Assembly: GCF_009834535.1 (NCBI RefSeq) | Contig: NC_045697.1 | Span: 25,422,001 to 25,486,000, forward strand | Length of the DNA stretch: 64,000 nucleotides | Reading direction: 5' to 3' | DNA from: Camelus ferus | Taxonomy: Eukaryota | Shown: positions 14,321 to 27,733 of the stretch, in pieces | Position numbering within the stretch: position 1 is the first letter of the stretch | Layout of the letters: each line of letters begins with the position of its first letter | Notes under the pieces: model-generated | Databases searched by the model: none | Seen by the model: the letters and a program-made list of their open reading frames with translations, nothing else | Told to the model about the DNA's origin: nothing | Program-made: the position numbers and the translations under genes

Positions 14321-15374
14321 GAACCAACTAAAAACTCAAAAATTGCTATGACTATTATTTTTTTAAATGGTTTTCACACCATGCCCCTCTGGGGGAAATC
14401 GAGCTTTAGTAGAGGTTTTTTTTTTTTTTTTTAAAGATGAAGGGTGTTGCAGAAAACCAGAACAAATTAAAATTGAATATACCATTCTCCTTCTAAAATA
14501 TTTTTCCCCTCACCCTTATGTATAATAATTTTCCCCTTTTCTCTCTTTTCTTTTTTCCCTATAATTTCTGATTCCTGATTGTGCAAATACAGTTTTCATA
14601 CGAGCCTTGCCTTTGCATTAGGACTATAACTTTCTCTTCTCAGGTAACTTATCTTGGTTCAGGTTATCCTTTGAACATGAGTTCAGAATTTAACAGTTAA
14701 AATATGTCAACAGAGTAATTTTTTCTCAGCAAGACATCTATTCTAACATAGAGGCTTTAAAATTACAATAAAAATACCACATAGAAAAATATATTTTCTC
14801 AACTTCATGGGTGTTTCTTAACAAAAACATTTCTTGTTAACTCTAAAGATTGAATGATGATAAATTCGAGAGATCTTCAGAGATTTCTTTAATAGCTACA
14901 GTATCTCAAACAGTAGAGCTGTTTATTCATTTCCATGGCAGACTGAAGTTCCAAAATGTCTCTCTGGTCTTGATTTTTATTGCAGCATGTGTTGTGAAGA
15001 ATCAACTGAGGCTATTTTATTTTCCGAAAAGAATTAAGACTCCAAAAGGGTAAAATTAACAAAAATTCCTATATGCAAACAAAATAGCAGAACATTACAA
15101 GCAGTTACATTTCAAAAGACAGTGTCTGTAAATCTGAATTCAATTTCAAACAACTTCCAAAGCGGTCTCCCTTCTAGTATTATCTCACCATATACATGTT
15201 GTCATTAAGGGACAATGTATTAAGAAGGAAAGACAGATTAACACGTTTCGAGCTGCTGCTTTATGTGAGGCATGATGATAGATGTTTGAGTGAATGCATT
15301 CACAGAAAGAAACCTACTACTCAGACATCAGAAATAAGAAAACTGAAGCTTAGGAGCATAACATTTTTCATTAA

Positions 15375-16100
15375 TTTAAAAATATTTAATAAGAATCTTT
15401 TATTTACTAGGCATTGTGAGGGTCACTTGGTAACCAGGACTGACACTTCTGCTCTCACGGAGTTTACTGTATGGAAAGAGTAATAAGACATTAATAATTA
15501 ATGATATTACTCAATTATAAACAGTGGTATGTAATATAAAATTGTGAATGGTGCTGTCTCAGCCTGACAAAGTGTAGGGGTTATGAAACCTCCCCTAAAA
15601 AATGAAAAATTGAATTGAGAGATAAAAGATTTACAGAAACTAATTATTTACTAAAGGGTGGTGGATATATTGTAGGCACAGAGAGTAGTGCCTGACAGAT
15701 GACTGCAATGGAATAAAACATAATTGATTTAATGTTCTGAAAGAGATAGTGTGGTGTTGCATCCAAAGAACGAGTATAGAAATTAAAAAAGAGAAATAAG
15801 ACTGCGTAAGTAAAACATGTAGGATCCTTAACCAACTTTTAAATAGTATTTTTTTCCTAAGAGAAGGGAAATTAATTGGAGGACTTTATGCATGAAAAAT
15901 CAGGTTAACATGGAAAATACTCTCTCTGCAATTTGGGGAGTGGTTTGGAGGAAAATAAAATTGAAATTGGTATACCAGTTTTGAAGGAGGTCCAAACAAA
16001 AGTTGATAGTATCCTGGACTGTGAAAACAGCAAGGAAAGTAAATACATATAAGAAATACACAAGAGGAAAAGAGCTGCAGAGTATGGGAATAAAAAGGTG
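15375..16100 (-). mobile_element. L2 fragment (MIR piece at ~15240-15365 just upstream)
   Basis: 'ttctgctctcacggagtttactgt', 'ctctctgcaatttggggagtgg', 'tcctggactgtg' are typical antisense L2 motifs. Confidence 0.55.
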
Positions 16101-16605
16101 AAAAATCTGAGAATCCATTTCTTAGATAACAACATTCATGTGTCATGCATTTTGGGTTATGGTATATTTGGCATCAAAGTCTTCAATGAATGAGGTGCTT
16201 AGAGGTTAGGTAGAAAGTAGCATTGAATAATATAGTTGAATAATTTAAGTTTTAAATGATTAGAGATTTTAGAAGGACAGGGAGTGTTTAGTGGTTTACA
16301 GACCACAGCTGGAGGCAAAAAGAGCATCAATGTGACACAGGTTTTTACAGATTTAGTGCCCAATTAATTCACCGTGTACTGAAGGCCTCTCATTCTCCAC
16401 TTCGCACCAGCTCATGCCAGATTCTGACCGATTCTAGGAGACTGACATTTATTCCTCAGTGAACCACAAACGGTATTCATATGGACACCCATTAAAGAAA
16501 TGAACACCAGAAAGCATACTGCATGTCAACAATGGTGTGAATCACTGTAACACAATAATATGAACAAAGGAAACATCATCCCTACTGTCAGCCAAGGGAG
16601 GCTGA

Positions 16606-16935
16606 TGTGGGGTTCTAGGAGGTGAGCGGCCCAAATGAAAAAATGCACGAGGAGTTGCCATACTGCTGGACAGACTTCAGCCGGAGACACCATGGGGTTA
16701 ACAACACTTTATTGCCACAGGGAGGTGCTTCTATGATGCACTGGTCCTGCTTTTATCTGTTTTCTGTCAGCACATGCGCCTTCTGAGTTTCTTTGTTCAT
16801 TAGGCTTACAGAATATCTCTAGCACATGCGTACTTCTATTTTCTTTGTTCTAAATCTTATATAATTGACAAATGCGTGGAGCAATTATTTACTGCATACT
16901 ATAAACATGCTCTGATCGTGGCCTTGAGTCCCACA
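16606..16935 (-). mobile_element. Solo LTR, ERV2/betaretrovirus-like
   Basis: Inverted termini tgtggg...cccaca; minus-strand AATAAA (tttatt 16708-16713) and TATA-like gataaaa (~16751); duplicated 'agcacatgcg...tttctttgttc' U3 motif; degenerate 6-bp flanks ggctga/gcctta. Confidence 0.65.
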
Positions 16936-19338
16936 GCCTTAACTCATCTCAAGACCAGCTCACACCTAGATATTCAGAGTATATAATCATTTTCATTGTA
17001 TCTTGAGATGTGCATAAAAATTCCCTGGGTAACTTATTTAAAATGAAGACTCTTGAGCTCTTTGTTCACTGATTAAATGAACCAGGCAGTGGAAAAAGAA
17101 ATCTGCATTGCCACAAGCACTTGAGTTGATTTTGATGCCAATGGCCCAGAGAAATCCTGAATTAGTGGATGAGTCTCTCCAATAGGACAAGGAAAAAAAA
17201 TAGCATAAAATGTATTTTTCTTGTTCTATTTTGACCACAATGTATACATGTTTTCTCCTTCTCTTTTTAGAAATATTAAGCCCCTGGTGTTCAAGAATGC
17301 AAAAAATGTTGTTTATAGTCTCTGCACCACCCACTCAAGGGCTCCCAAATTTTGTAGGAGTCATGTGAGTGACACTTACCTCTTGTATAGAATTGCTGGG
17401 AATGGCTTAAACTAATCAGTGTGATTGAATCGGTAGTGAGAAAGTGACCTAGATGGGACACATAAGAGAGAATTGCGGATTTTTTATTTTTTGTTAATGT
17501 TTAAGTAAAGGCAATCTCTCCTCTGGATGGAGGATGGAGTGATGTTCATTTCTGAGTTCCGGAATATGTAAACATTTGGTCTCTGTGCTGTTCGGATGAA
17601 TCAGAAACAAGTCCAGGAAGAAAAGCGAAACCGAGAGAATTTAACCTGATACCCTTAATTTTGTCTTCAGCTGTGTAATCATATAATCCCCTACTTTGTT
17701 TTTTTTTCAGCCAATTGGCTATTGTCATTGATAATAGGCAATAGTAATTTAGAGTTTTGGACTCTGTGTTAGATTTTTATTGTCCTGTGAGTCTTCCTAA
17801 ATCGTAAGAATTAGGAATTCTTCCTAACTCATAAAATGCACCAAAGAATTGCTTAAATTATTTTTACCTTTTCTTATTCTTCCTTTCATTCTCACTTAAC
17901 TAGTTCCTCTTTTACAGTAATAGTCTACATTAGGATAACAAAGATTAGCTAGTTTTTTGGATCAAACAACAATATACTCTAACAGAAGACTGTGATTTTT
18001 TTTTTAAATAATGCATATAAATCTGTTGTCCTATAGAAGTAATTTTTTCTTATCAGTACAAAACATTAACAATTTATCTGTCACTGAAATGGTCATTCTG
18101 AAGTTAGATTTTTTTTCTCCATAAGTAGCTGACCTGTATTTTCAGTTTGAATTAAAAGTTATTTTCAAATGTAGCTCGACTGTTTTCCTGAAAATTGATT
18201 TTTAATAAATTATGACAGGTTTCTCATTTATAGATTATATTAATGTCTTAGCTTGCAAAATGGCATCGTTATTAAATATGAGGAGACGAAATCTTTTAAT
18301 TTAAAAAGAGAACTTTTTTCAGAAAGCATAAATGAATGGATTTTTAATATCATTAGATATGAATATTATTATAATATTTATAAAGAAGTTTCTCTCAATC
18401 TTGGTATTTCTCTGAGAGGCAACTATAACAGCTTTAAAATAAGAAAAAAATGTATTTCCAAACATCTTTGCGACCGTAAGTTACTGAACTTTGAAACTTC
18501 CGTCCTCTACATCCACTCCTGTACAATCCTTCTCATCTTTATTCTTTCATTTTCCCATATTTTTACCATCTGTTCTATCTTCTGTATGGAGTTAATAAGG
18601 ATTCTATTATTTATCTATAAGAAATACCCACATAATTTTTTTATCTTGTCATTCTCAAATGAATTGTCTGAATAATCACTAAGAATTCTTCTCAGTCATA
18701 TATTTGAATATGTTTTTATATTTAATAAGTGATACGTTATCCTCATAATTGGACACCTTTGTAACTCTTGTATCATATTTCCTTAACCTAGGTACATCAG
18801 CAATATCAGTATTATAAGTGGTTCAAAAAATTACTCACCACTCTCATTCTTCTCTCTTGGCTTGACATACACTGTCTTTGCTGCCACCATTGAACTTTCT
18901 TCAAAACATAACCTTTGCCTAATTAAAGCCTACTCATGAATTAAACTCAAATTCAGTTGCCATTTCTTTCAGGAGGTACTCTTCAGTGGCCGCTTGACCA
19001 AAAAAAAGAAAGAAAAGGCTTGGATATTCTTTCTTTCTGCAAAATTCTGTGAGGCAAACCGTAGTATTTCCCTTGCATTAAATGTTGGTAGACAAATCAA
19101 ATTATATTTATTAAGAAAAAGTATTGTGGAGCTGTTCCTGTCATTCCCTATCCGTTTCCCACTGGTTACCAGTATATAGAAAGTGTTCTTGTTTGGTAGA
19201 AGCAGGGGAGTAGCTCTAGGAGTCTTCTTAGTTAAGGGATAAGGTTGAGAAAACTGGCCCTGGAGGGGTAACAGAGCCTCTAGAATAACTGAGGAATTTG
19301 AGGGACCTTCCACAGAGAGCTTTTAAGCATAAGCACAA

Positions 19339-19786
19339 TGTAGAGAACTGAATGGTGCCCCTCTCCTCACAAGGCATGCCCATGTCCAGTCCCTGGAACC
19401 AGTGAACGTGACCTTATTTGGAGAAAGGGGCATTGCAGTTGTAATTAAATTAAGGATATAACTGAAATCATCCTGGGTTATCCAGGCTAAATTCAGTGTC
19501 AAGTGTTGTTATAAATGACTCACAGCGGAGAAACACAGGGGAAGGCTGGAGAAAGCCATGTGGCAGTGGAGGTACATGTTGGAGTTAGTCAGAGATCACC
19601 TAGAGCCACCAGAACCTGGAATTAGCGAGGAAAAACACTCCTCTAGAGCCTTCTCAGGGAACAGAATGGTGCCAACATTTAAATTTCAGATTTCCAACCT
19701 CCAGAACTGGGAGATAATAAATTTCTGAGATTTTAGGCCACCCAATTTGTGGTCATTTGTTACAGCAGAACTAGGAAACCAATAGA
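19339..19786 (+). mobile_element. MaLR solo LTR (MLT1C-like)
   Basis: 'ccctggaaccagtgaacgtgaccttatttggagaaaggg', 'cctccagaactgggagataataaatttctg', 'tttgttacagcagaactaggaaac'. Confidence 0.85.
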
Positions 19787-19856
19787 AGCAATATGATTAG
19801 ATTTTATTTTCTAAAGGTCATAATGGTAGATTCTAAATGAGCACAAACATAACCAG

Positions 19857-20407
19857 TGACAAGCTGGCCTTAATCTCTCTCTCAGTTTGACTAAACTTTG
19901 GATAAGTTTCCTCTTGACTCTAGGCCTCTGAATTTACTTTTTCATAACTTACTTTAGAAAACTTGTAATTGCAGATTCTTTCTCTGTCCCTTGGAGATGT
20001 AAATTGTTTTAAAAGCCTCTTGCCAGTTTTGCAATGCAGGGATGTCTTTCTCAAGGCCCTGGACACTATCTCTTTGAAATGGAATTTGTCAAAGATAGCT
20101 CTCTGTGCCCCAGTAGGAGGGTAGGAGCCTAACTTGGGAAGATGGTGAGTGGCCTTGCTCCAAGTTGCAAAACTACCTCCTATCATAAAAGTATGGGAAG
20201 TTTCATGTTCCTTTGACAGACAAAATGATCTAACATCCTCTGGTACTTTTCCACTCATGTACCCCAGACTTTAAAATCCCTATTTTCTTTTGCTTCAGCA
20301 GAGTTGGGTTCAGACTGAGTTCTCACATCTCTCCCTTATCGCAGTAGCCGTAAGTAAAGTTGTCCTTGCCCGTTTAGCTTTCTTCAGTCCCAGTTTTTGT
20401 TTTGGTA
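19857..20407 (+). mobile_element. ERV1-class (MER4-group-like) solo LTR
   Basis: Starts tgaca; 'ttgactaaacttt', 'ctttagaaaacttgtaattg', 'gggtaggagcctaactt'; agtaaa poly(A)-like signal near 20353; 4-bp TSD ccag at 19853-19856 and 20408-20411. Confidence 0.75.
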
Positions 20408-20415
20408 CCAGGAAG

Positions 20416-20489
20416 ACTAGTACTTGTCCTATTGCCATATCTGACTACAAACACTAGTACTTGTCCTATTGCCATATCTGACTACAAAC
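20416..20489. repeat. Perfect 37-bp tandem duplication
   Basis: actagtacttgtcctattgccatatctgactacaaac at 20416-20452 and 20453-20489. Confidence 0.95.
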
Positions 20490-21579
20490 TGTTAACTTTG
20501 GGGATTCAGACTAGAAGTCCTGTCCAGCCTTGGAGAGAAAAAATTTCCAAGTCAAACTCTTGAACTTTCACAAAGTATGAGTCCTGTTATCACTGCCGGT
20601 AGCAAAACTCATCATTCAGTAATAGACCAGACTGGAGCTGGAAATGAGGGAGCAAAGTGTGATATCTGGAGAATGCAGGAGGAAATCAGCATATATAGTT
20701 ACAGAAGCCTGGGTAAGCCTCTGTCCTGTGGTAGACAGCAGAAGCTCAGAGACTGAGGAAGAAGTAGGTTCACAGCAACTTGCACACCTGTTCTCTACCT
20801 TACGTGGTATCCACTGTAAGTTGATCTCAGCTCAGGTGGAGCTCTACCTTCATTCATGGTCAGGAAGCAGGGAGAATCTTTCATGTCAGGTAGGCTTGCC
20901 CTGTTCAACTTAAAAACCTGGGAAGGCATCACTCTCAAATCTTTATTCTGCTTTTTGTGCAGCATTTACTAAACTGTAAAACTGAATCTGAACAGAGAAC
21001 TTATTTCCCTTTACTATGGAATTTTGCTTAATGGTTTTAAGCAGAAACAAATTGTAAAACATTTTCTTTTTTCATGTGTTGAGAAGACAAACACAACAGG
21101 ATCATAGTTTTGAAAGTATAAACCCAATGGAGGTTTTTCATTCATTTGTTCACTTTTAGAAAAGAAGAAATACATTAATTCATAGGGATTCAATTAGCTA
21201 AGAATTGTTTTTATAGCTTCAGGCAAGTCATGATAGAAGAGAAATTCCAAAAGTAAGCTAAATCAATGATTATGAAATCAGAGTCAGTGAAGGGCCATAG
21301 TTTTAGGAGATTATCTAATGACTAAACTACATGCTCTTAGACTGAATAAAGATTTCCCAGATTGATAAAGAGGAAGCAGCAAGCTTCTTGTGAAAAATTT
21401 TCCCTTGGGTCAGAGTCTGTTGATTAGCATATTATACAATCTTCCATAATGCATTATCTGTTATTCTGTTGTTTTTTTTTTTAATTGTTCAGCAGAAATT
21501 CAAAGAAACTTTGTATGTCAACATAAGGATAGAATTATTTAAGTTTTATGATTTTTCTTATCTTTTTTAGTTATCTAGA

Positions 21580-21747
21580 ACCTTGATACTTGAAGTGCGT
21601 TCCATGAATCAACAGTATCAACATCATCTGGGAGCTTGTTAGAAAAAGAGAATCTCAGGTCCTTCCCCAAACCTTCTGAGTTAGAATCTACATATTAACA
21701 TAAACTCCTGGGGGATTTATATGCACATTAAATTTTGAGAAGCACTA
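21580..21747. mobile_element. hAT-Charlie MITE (MER5-like)
   Basis: 'catcatctgggagcttgttagaaa...aatctcagg...tatgcacattaaattttgagaagcact'. Confidence 0.8.
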
Positions 21748-22899
21748 TGCTAGAGGTCGTTTCCAGATTTTATTCCTTAGATCCTCAGATTCAAATGTTT
21801 GAAGCATTTTGTTTTGGAAGTAAAATTTAAAATTCTCTTTAATCCTCTCTGAGGACCGCATAACATTTTAACAGTTTTTAATTGTACTACATCATATGTG
21901 TATGTTCCTAATAACCCAAAATAATCAGGGTTTCTGACTGGGAGTATACTAGCCCACCCAGATAATCATTTAAACATAAGTTGCACTTCCCAATTTCCAC
22001 CTCCCTCCAAAACCAAGCTTTCATATTTCTATTTAATAAGTTGAAGAAAACCAGTAAAGCCTTGAAGGAGATCCCTAACCTTGGAAATTGAGCATCTGTC
22101 TGCCACGTGGTAGACGGGTTCTGGCCTGCGAGAGATGAGCTGAGCCAGATTACTGTTCAGAAGCTAAACCCTACAGGTGTGATTGCTTTCATTTCAATCT
22201 TGCTTGTCAACTACAGATTCTTTTTTTTTTTTTTAACAAACTCAGTATCAGTCTTACATACTATGTTCCCGAATTATTAATCACACCACTCCTGATTAAA
22301 ATTTGCTACTTTGAGCTGCAGATTATGTATCATTCATCTTGATGGGCAAGTTTGAATATTGGTCTCATGTGGGTCTACTCTGAGAAATTTCTAACTGCAT
22401 AGTTATTCATATGGTTATCATGAGAATACCAAAATTACCCCAAAGGCTCAAGCATAGCCCTCTCCCCACAACATGAACACACACACTCATTAGAATTCAG
22501 TGTAAAAACCAAATTATATGTCTAACGGATGCACATTATACACACTGTGTAAGTATGTTCTGAAAAGCTGGGATTAAATTTATGACATTTCTGTATTTAA
22601 ACAACAAAACATTTCCATTTTAAATGCACAATGAAAATAGCAAAAGAAAAGACAGGAATAGAGAGAAATTTCAAATTTTCTGTTTAATTTTATTAACAAA
22701 AATAGATTTGATAATAAAAATTATTGAGTACTGTGTCTTTAATTTTAAGTGAAAATTGAAATGTTTCTATATTAACCTTATGATATAATCCTTTTATTTG
22801 TATTTTTTTCTCTTCTACAGTTGTCCACTATCTTGATACACAGAATATGATAAATCTTTTACATTCATTATCTAATTTAAAGCACACAAGAATGTTAAT

Positions 22900-23612
22900 A
22901 TGCCATATCAAGGATATCTTCAAAATATATTCAGAACTCAATTATTTCTCTACCCTTACTATCATGATCCTAGTCCAAGCAACTGTAACTTCTCACCTAA
23001 ACCACCTTCATAAACCCATACAGGTCTCCTTCTAAAATCCTCAACTCTCTAGAGTCCAAAATTTCCTCAGTGCCTTAAGGTACTCTCTTCAGTTTTTCAT
23101 TTAAAGTGCATTAGGCAAAAACTCTGCTCAAAAGATTTCAAAGATTTGTCATCACATTTGGACTAAAATTCAAATGATTTATCATGGCTTATGGTTCATA
23201 AAATTTAGTAATGACTATTCCACAATTTTCACCATATTTTTGTCCAAATCTACCATATTTCTTTCCTTAAATAGTCCAAGTTTAGTCCGAACTTAGGGTA
23301 TTTCCAAACATTGCTTTTCCTGGCTCAAATTTACTTCCAGTATTTTCTCCTACATTTCATTGTAGTTTCTATTCAACTGTTCTCTTCGGAAGGGCCTTAT
23401 CCAACTACTCTAAAATACCTCCCCCCAATTCTAATCCCTTTACCTACTTTGCTTTTTTTTTTCCTTGAGAGCACCATATGATAACTAAAATTGTATTATG
23501 TATTTAAGTGTATGGTAATTTTCTGTCTATCTCTCTGGGATGTACCTCCATGAGGGCAGGAATTTGCCCCCTTTATTCATTGCCATAGCTTTCAGTTGCC
23601 TAAAGCATTGCT
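22900..23612 (+). mobile_element. L2 fragment
   Basis: 'cctagtccaagc...tctcacct', 'ctctgctcaaaa', 'ctccatgagggcagg' sense L2 3' region. Confidence 0.65.
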
Positions 23613-26303
23613 ATATGTATGTATGTATTTATGTATGTATTTAACTCTTATTTTAAGAGACTGTAAAGTAGCCTCTGTTAGTTATGCCACATAAAAATTG
23701 TATGATTCTGGACAATGTTTATTAAATGTCCAACAAGTCATTTTACATTCATCTGAATTCATGTTCAAAAGAGGGATAAAATATCCTCTTCTTCCTAAAC
23801 TTGATTATAGTAATTAAATGAGAAGGATTATGATATATCTTCTGCTAAACTTGATTATAAAGATTAAATGGTAAAGAAGAGTGTTTTTTCCGATTTCCTA
23901 GAAAGTGGTTGGATCTCCTTAATGACTTTCTTGTCTTTTTCCTTCCTAGTTGACTAGAAACTTGTTGGCACCACAGGTCACATTTTTCTTTTCTTTTTAT
24001 TCTTTTTCTTTTTTCTCTCCCAACACTTATCTCAGGCAATGAGTTGACATTAATGATCCTGAGTTACTGGAAGGAGTTTCAAACTTTACTGGGACTGAAA
24101 CACACAGAGTAAACAACAATGCTACTAATTACAAGTCATAAATTAGCACTTTGAAAGTCTGTTTTCTTATCTCGATGCACATGTTTTGATGCTTCTTCCA
24201 AGTGGCTGCCTCTGAGGTCCTCAATGAAAAAGGACCTGAAATTAGTGCAGATTCCCTTGGAACTAAATCGGCAGGATATATTTATCAGAGAATTCACTTT
24301 GCATGTATTTCAGGTTTATTCACATATATAGCTCAATCATTTGGTTAGCTTGAAAGTTTAATGGGACCCTAAAGTAATTACCGCATAAAATCAAGTCTCA
24401 GATAATGAACAAGGTGTCAAGTTTACTCTAGGGCTTATGACTATTTCATTTTCCAATTAAAAAGTCTGTAACAGCTCCATTGATTGTATCCCTGACTGAT
24501 GCTCCAAAAACTTTTATTTTAATTTAAAAGGCAAATCCTATGACAATTTTGTGTGTATCACATATAAAAAGAGAGTATTATTTACAGATTTTTAAAGTTT
24601 TCAGATTTGAATATAATCCTTAAAAATAAATTATATCATTGTAATTTATATTAATATTTATTAATGTTCTATATTTTTATAGTGATTATATCTTTATAAA
24701 GTGATTAACAATTTTCCAAAAATTTATATTCATTATCTCATATTTACCTTAAAACAACCCACTGTGTAGAAAGAGATTGCTATCTTCATTTTGTAGTGAG
24801 AAGACAGGTGGAACAAAGACTCAAGCGATCACCCTGTAAGTTGTAAAACCAAGCTTAGAACATAAGTTCACTGTCCTTACTTCAGTCTCTTTTCTTCACT
24901 GTTAGCTGTATTCTCCTGACTGTGTGCCAGATGGAAGAACATACTTTTTGAAGCAAAACAGAGGTAAGATTTCTGGGGATGATGTGGATTTCTTATAGAC
25001 TGATGTATAATGGAAGGAAAAATCATAAGAAGATTATCACAGCACTTGTTGGTAGCTGTGACTATATTGTGGGGACGAGATGGGAAAGGAGGACTCTTTC
25101 TAGGAGCAAAAGGATTAGATGGGGGCACACTCTCCACACCAAGGAATGGAGGTGTAGATATCGCAGATGGACTTGTCTTATCTAGAGGTCTAGGAGCTCC
25201 GGATCTTCCTTTTCTCATTAAAAACAAATAAACAAACAAACAAAGAAAACAAAAACAAAAAAATCTACAGTATGTTGTAAATGATCAAGGTAAATCCTTA
25301 GGGCTCACACTTGATATTTTAAGCAGGATGTGTCTTTAACCCTATAGAGGAAAACATCAGGGTATCTCCTTGTCCACTAAACTGTGAACAATTTGAAGAA
25401 TTCCATAAATATATATTTCCATGAGAACTAATGCTGCATAGAGGCATTCAACAAATACTGGTTGAATGAGTGAATGTGATGGCAAATACAAATGAAAAGA
25501 GTGAGATGACAGAAAGGAGAGACTGAAAATAGAGCAGAGAAATTTCTGACTTCCCAACTCCCTCCAGTTGAATACAAAAGGAGACTAATCACTTGCTAAA
25601 ACTTGTATCACTATAGTTTCTTCCACTAGGTATGTTTATAAAATAATGAGATTCTCCAAGTCATACACATAAAATTAATTAATTAATCTAGAGTCCCACT
25701 GAGTAGCATTCACTTGTGTTTTTCATATTTCTGAGTCGTAACTTCCTTACAAGTTTGCAAGGAGGAACCCATCATATCCATCCAAGTTCCCCTCAGGATG
25801 GAGTATTCTGTAGGACAGACCCATAATCGGCTTTTAGTCTGGAGAGCAGCAGTTTTAAAAATGGGTGAGAACTAAACAATTCCATAGGGTTGCTCTAATT
25901 AAGACTGTATTTTATTGTAGGTCTCTGTAGTAGAAAATGTTCCAGTTAAGTTTCTTTTATGAGCAAGTTAGTTCATTTAAACAAAAGTAGTTTCTTTGTC
26001 CTTATTTTGAGAATTCAGCAAAATACATTCCCAGTAGTTATTCTAAATTGGCAATGCCAGAATGAAAAATGCCTATATTTACATATTTCTAATGCAATAT
26101 GCTACTACATTTTATATTCTCTTCTCTTCATATGTAACCTGAAAAGTGTAATAAAGGGCAAATAAAACAAAAAATAGTAATCACTAACATAGAGAAATAT
26201 TGAGTGTCCTTTGAATTAAATTTTAGCAAAACGCTATACCACTTATGTACAATTTAGAAGTATGTTATATATTCTTTATGATCATTTGCATAATTAGTAA
26301 AAC

Positions 26304-26866
26304 TGTTGCAGAAGAATAGGTTCTTGCCTCTCGCAGGAAAGAATTCAAGAGCAAGGCATTGTAAAGTGAAAGTAAGTTTATTTAGAGAGATACACACTCC
26401 ATAGACAGAGTGTGGTCCCTCACACTCAAAAGGGGGAGTGGCTTAGATGCACATTCCATACAGTGAATGTGGGCCATCTCAAAAGGTGTGGGGGGATTAA
26501 CATAAAGCAAAAGTAGATACACACTCCATTGAAAGAGTGTGGGCCATCTCAGAAGGCAAGAAAGAGCCATGAGGTGTGGAGCTGTTAGCGTTTATAGGCT
26601 TAGTAATTTCATATGCTAGTGAGTAAGAGGATTATTTCTACTATGTTGGGGAAGGGACTGAGGATTTCCAGGAAACACTCCCTCCACTGCCTGCTTTTTG
26701 ACCTTTTTTGGTCAGCCTAGTAACTGTCATGTAGACTATGGGTGTGCCGTGAGGCTCAAGTTCTACTGAAGTTGAATCTTCTGCCGTCTTGGTTCTTGTT
26801 TGTCCTGCCCTCAGTTGCTGTGTCATTCCTTCAGTGGTTGTGCCCTGTCCCTTCCCTCCTGTCTCA
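26304..26866 (-). mobile_element. ERV1-class solo LTR with triplicated R-region hairpin
   Basis: tg...ca termini, near-TSD aaac/aaat; on the minus strand TATAAA (26591-26596), then three repeats, then AATAAA (26377-26382). Confidence 0.8.
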
Positions 26867-27204
26867 AAATTACAAATAATTGGGAGGAAGAGATGATCAA
26901 ATACATTAGGATGTTAATTACTTCTGTGGAGTAAGGGAGGAGACTAGGATGTCTGTATTTGGAGGGAGGCATGGATCTTCAGTGCAATCTATGATGCTTC
27001 ATTTCCCCCTCCAAGTGAATCATAAGCATGTATGTAAAAGGTTTATATTTGTTATGTGTAGCACAAATGGGTTTCCCTGAGCTTGTTACTCTCTTATTTT
27101 CTGCTCTTTTTACATTGTTCATAATTATTACAATAATTAAATTAACTAGTATAAAAATATATTGGCAAGATTATGTTATAAATGTAGATACTTCCCTGCC
27201 CTAT

Positions 27205-27618
27205 TGTATTAGGGTTCTCCAAAGCAAATAACCAATAGAATATATGTAGCAATATAGAAAGAGATTTATTAAAAGGGCTTAGTTCATGATTTTATGGAGG
27301 TAGAGAAGTCCCATGAACTGCCATATGCAAGCTGGAGAACCGGGAGCCCCAGTGTTTGAGAGAAGATAGATGAAAGTCCCAGCTGAAACAAAGAGCAAAT
27401 TCACCCTTCCCCCATGTTTTTGTTCTGTAAAGTTGTACTCAGACCCTCTGTGGATTGAATGATGACCACTTGCATTGATGAGGGTGATCTCAGTCTACAA
27501 ATTCAAACACTAATTTCTTCCAGAAACACCCTCACAGACATATCTAGAAATAAAGATTTATCAGCTCCATGGGCAGCCCTTTGCCCTGCTAAGTTTACAC
27601 ATGAAATGGACATTTATA
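27205..27618 (-). mobile_element. ERVL-type solo LTR (MLT2-like)
   Basis: 'tgtattagggttctcca...gagatttatt...agaagtcccatga...gcaagctggaga...ccagaaacaccctcacagaca'. Confidence 0.85.
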
Positions 27619-27688
27619 AACCAATGTTTTTTTAGGTATGTAGCAAAATATACAAATAATAATAAAACACTGTCTCAACAATTAAGCA

Positions 27689-27733
27689 AGACAGATAGAT
27701 AGATAGACAGATAGACAGACAGATAGATAGATA
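27689..27733. repeat. Compound (GATA)/(GACA) tetranucleotide microsatellite
   Basis: Seen directly. Confidence 0.9.

Noticed and set aside
18253..18675. 140-aa ORF
   Set aside because: TTG start; I/F/K/N-rich composition typical of AT-rich non-coding DNA.
24926..24963. Plus-strand micro-exon ending at GAG|GTAAG
   Set aside because: Plausible splice-like motifs but no partner exons or recognisable peptide.
26388..26551. CRISPR-like repeat-spacer array
   Set aside because: Only three degenerate repeats, inside a mammalian LTR, with no cas genes.
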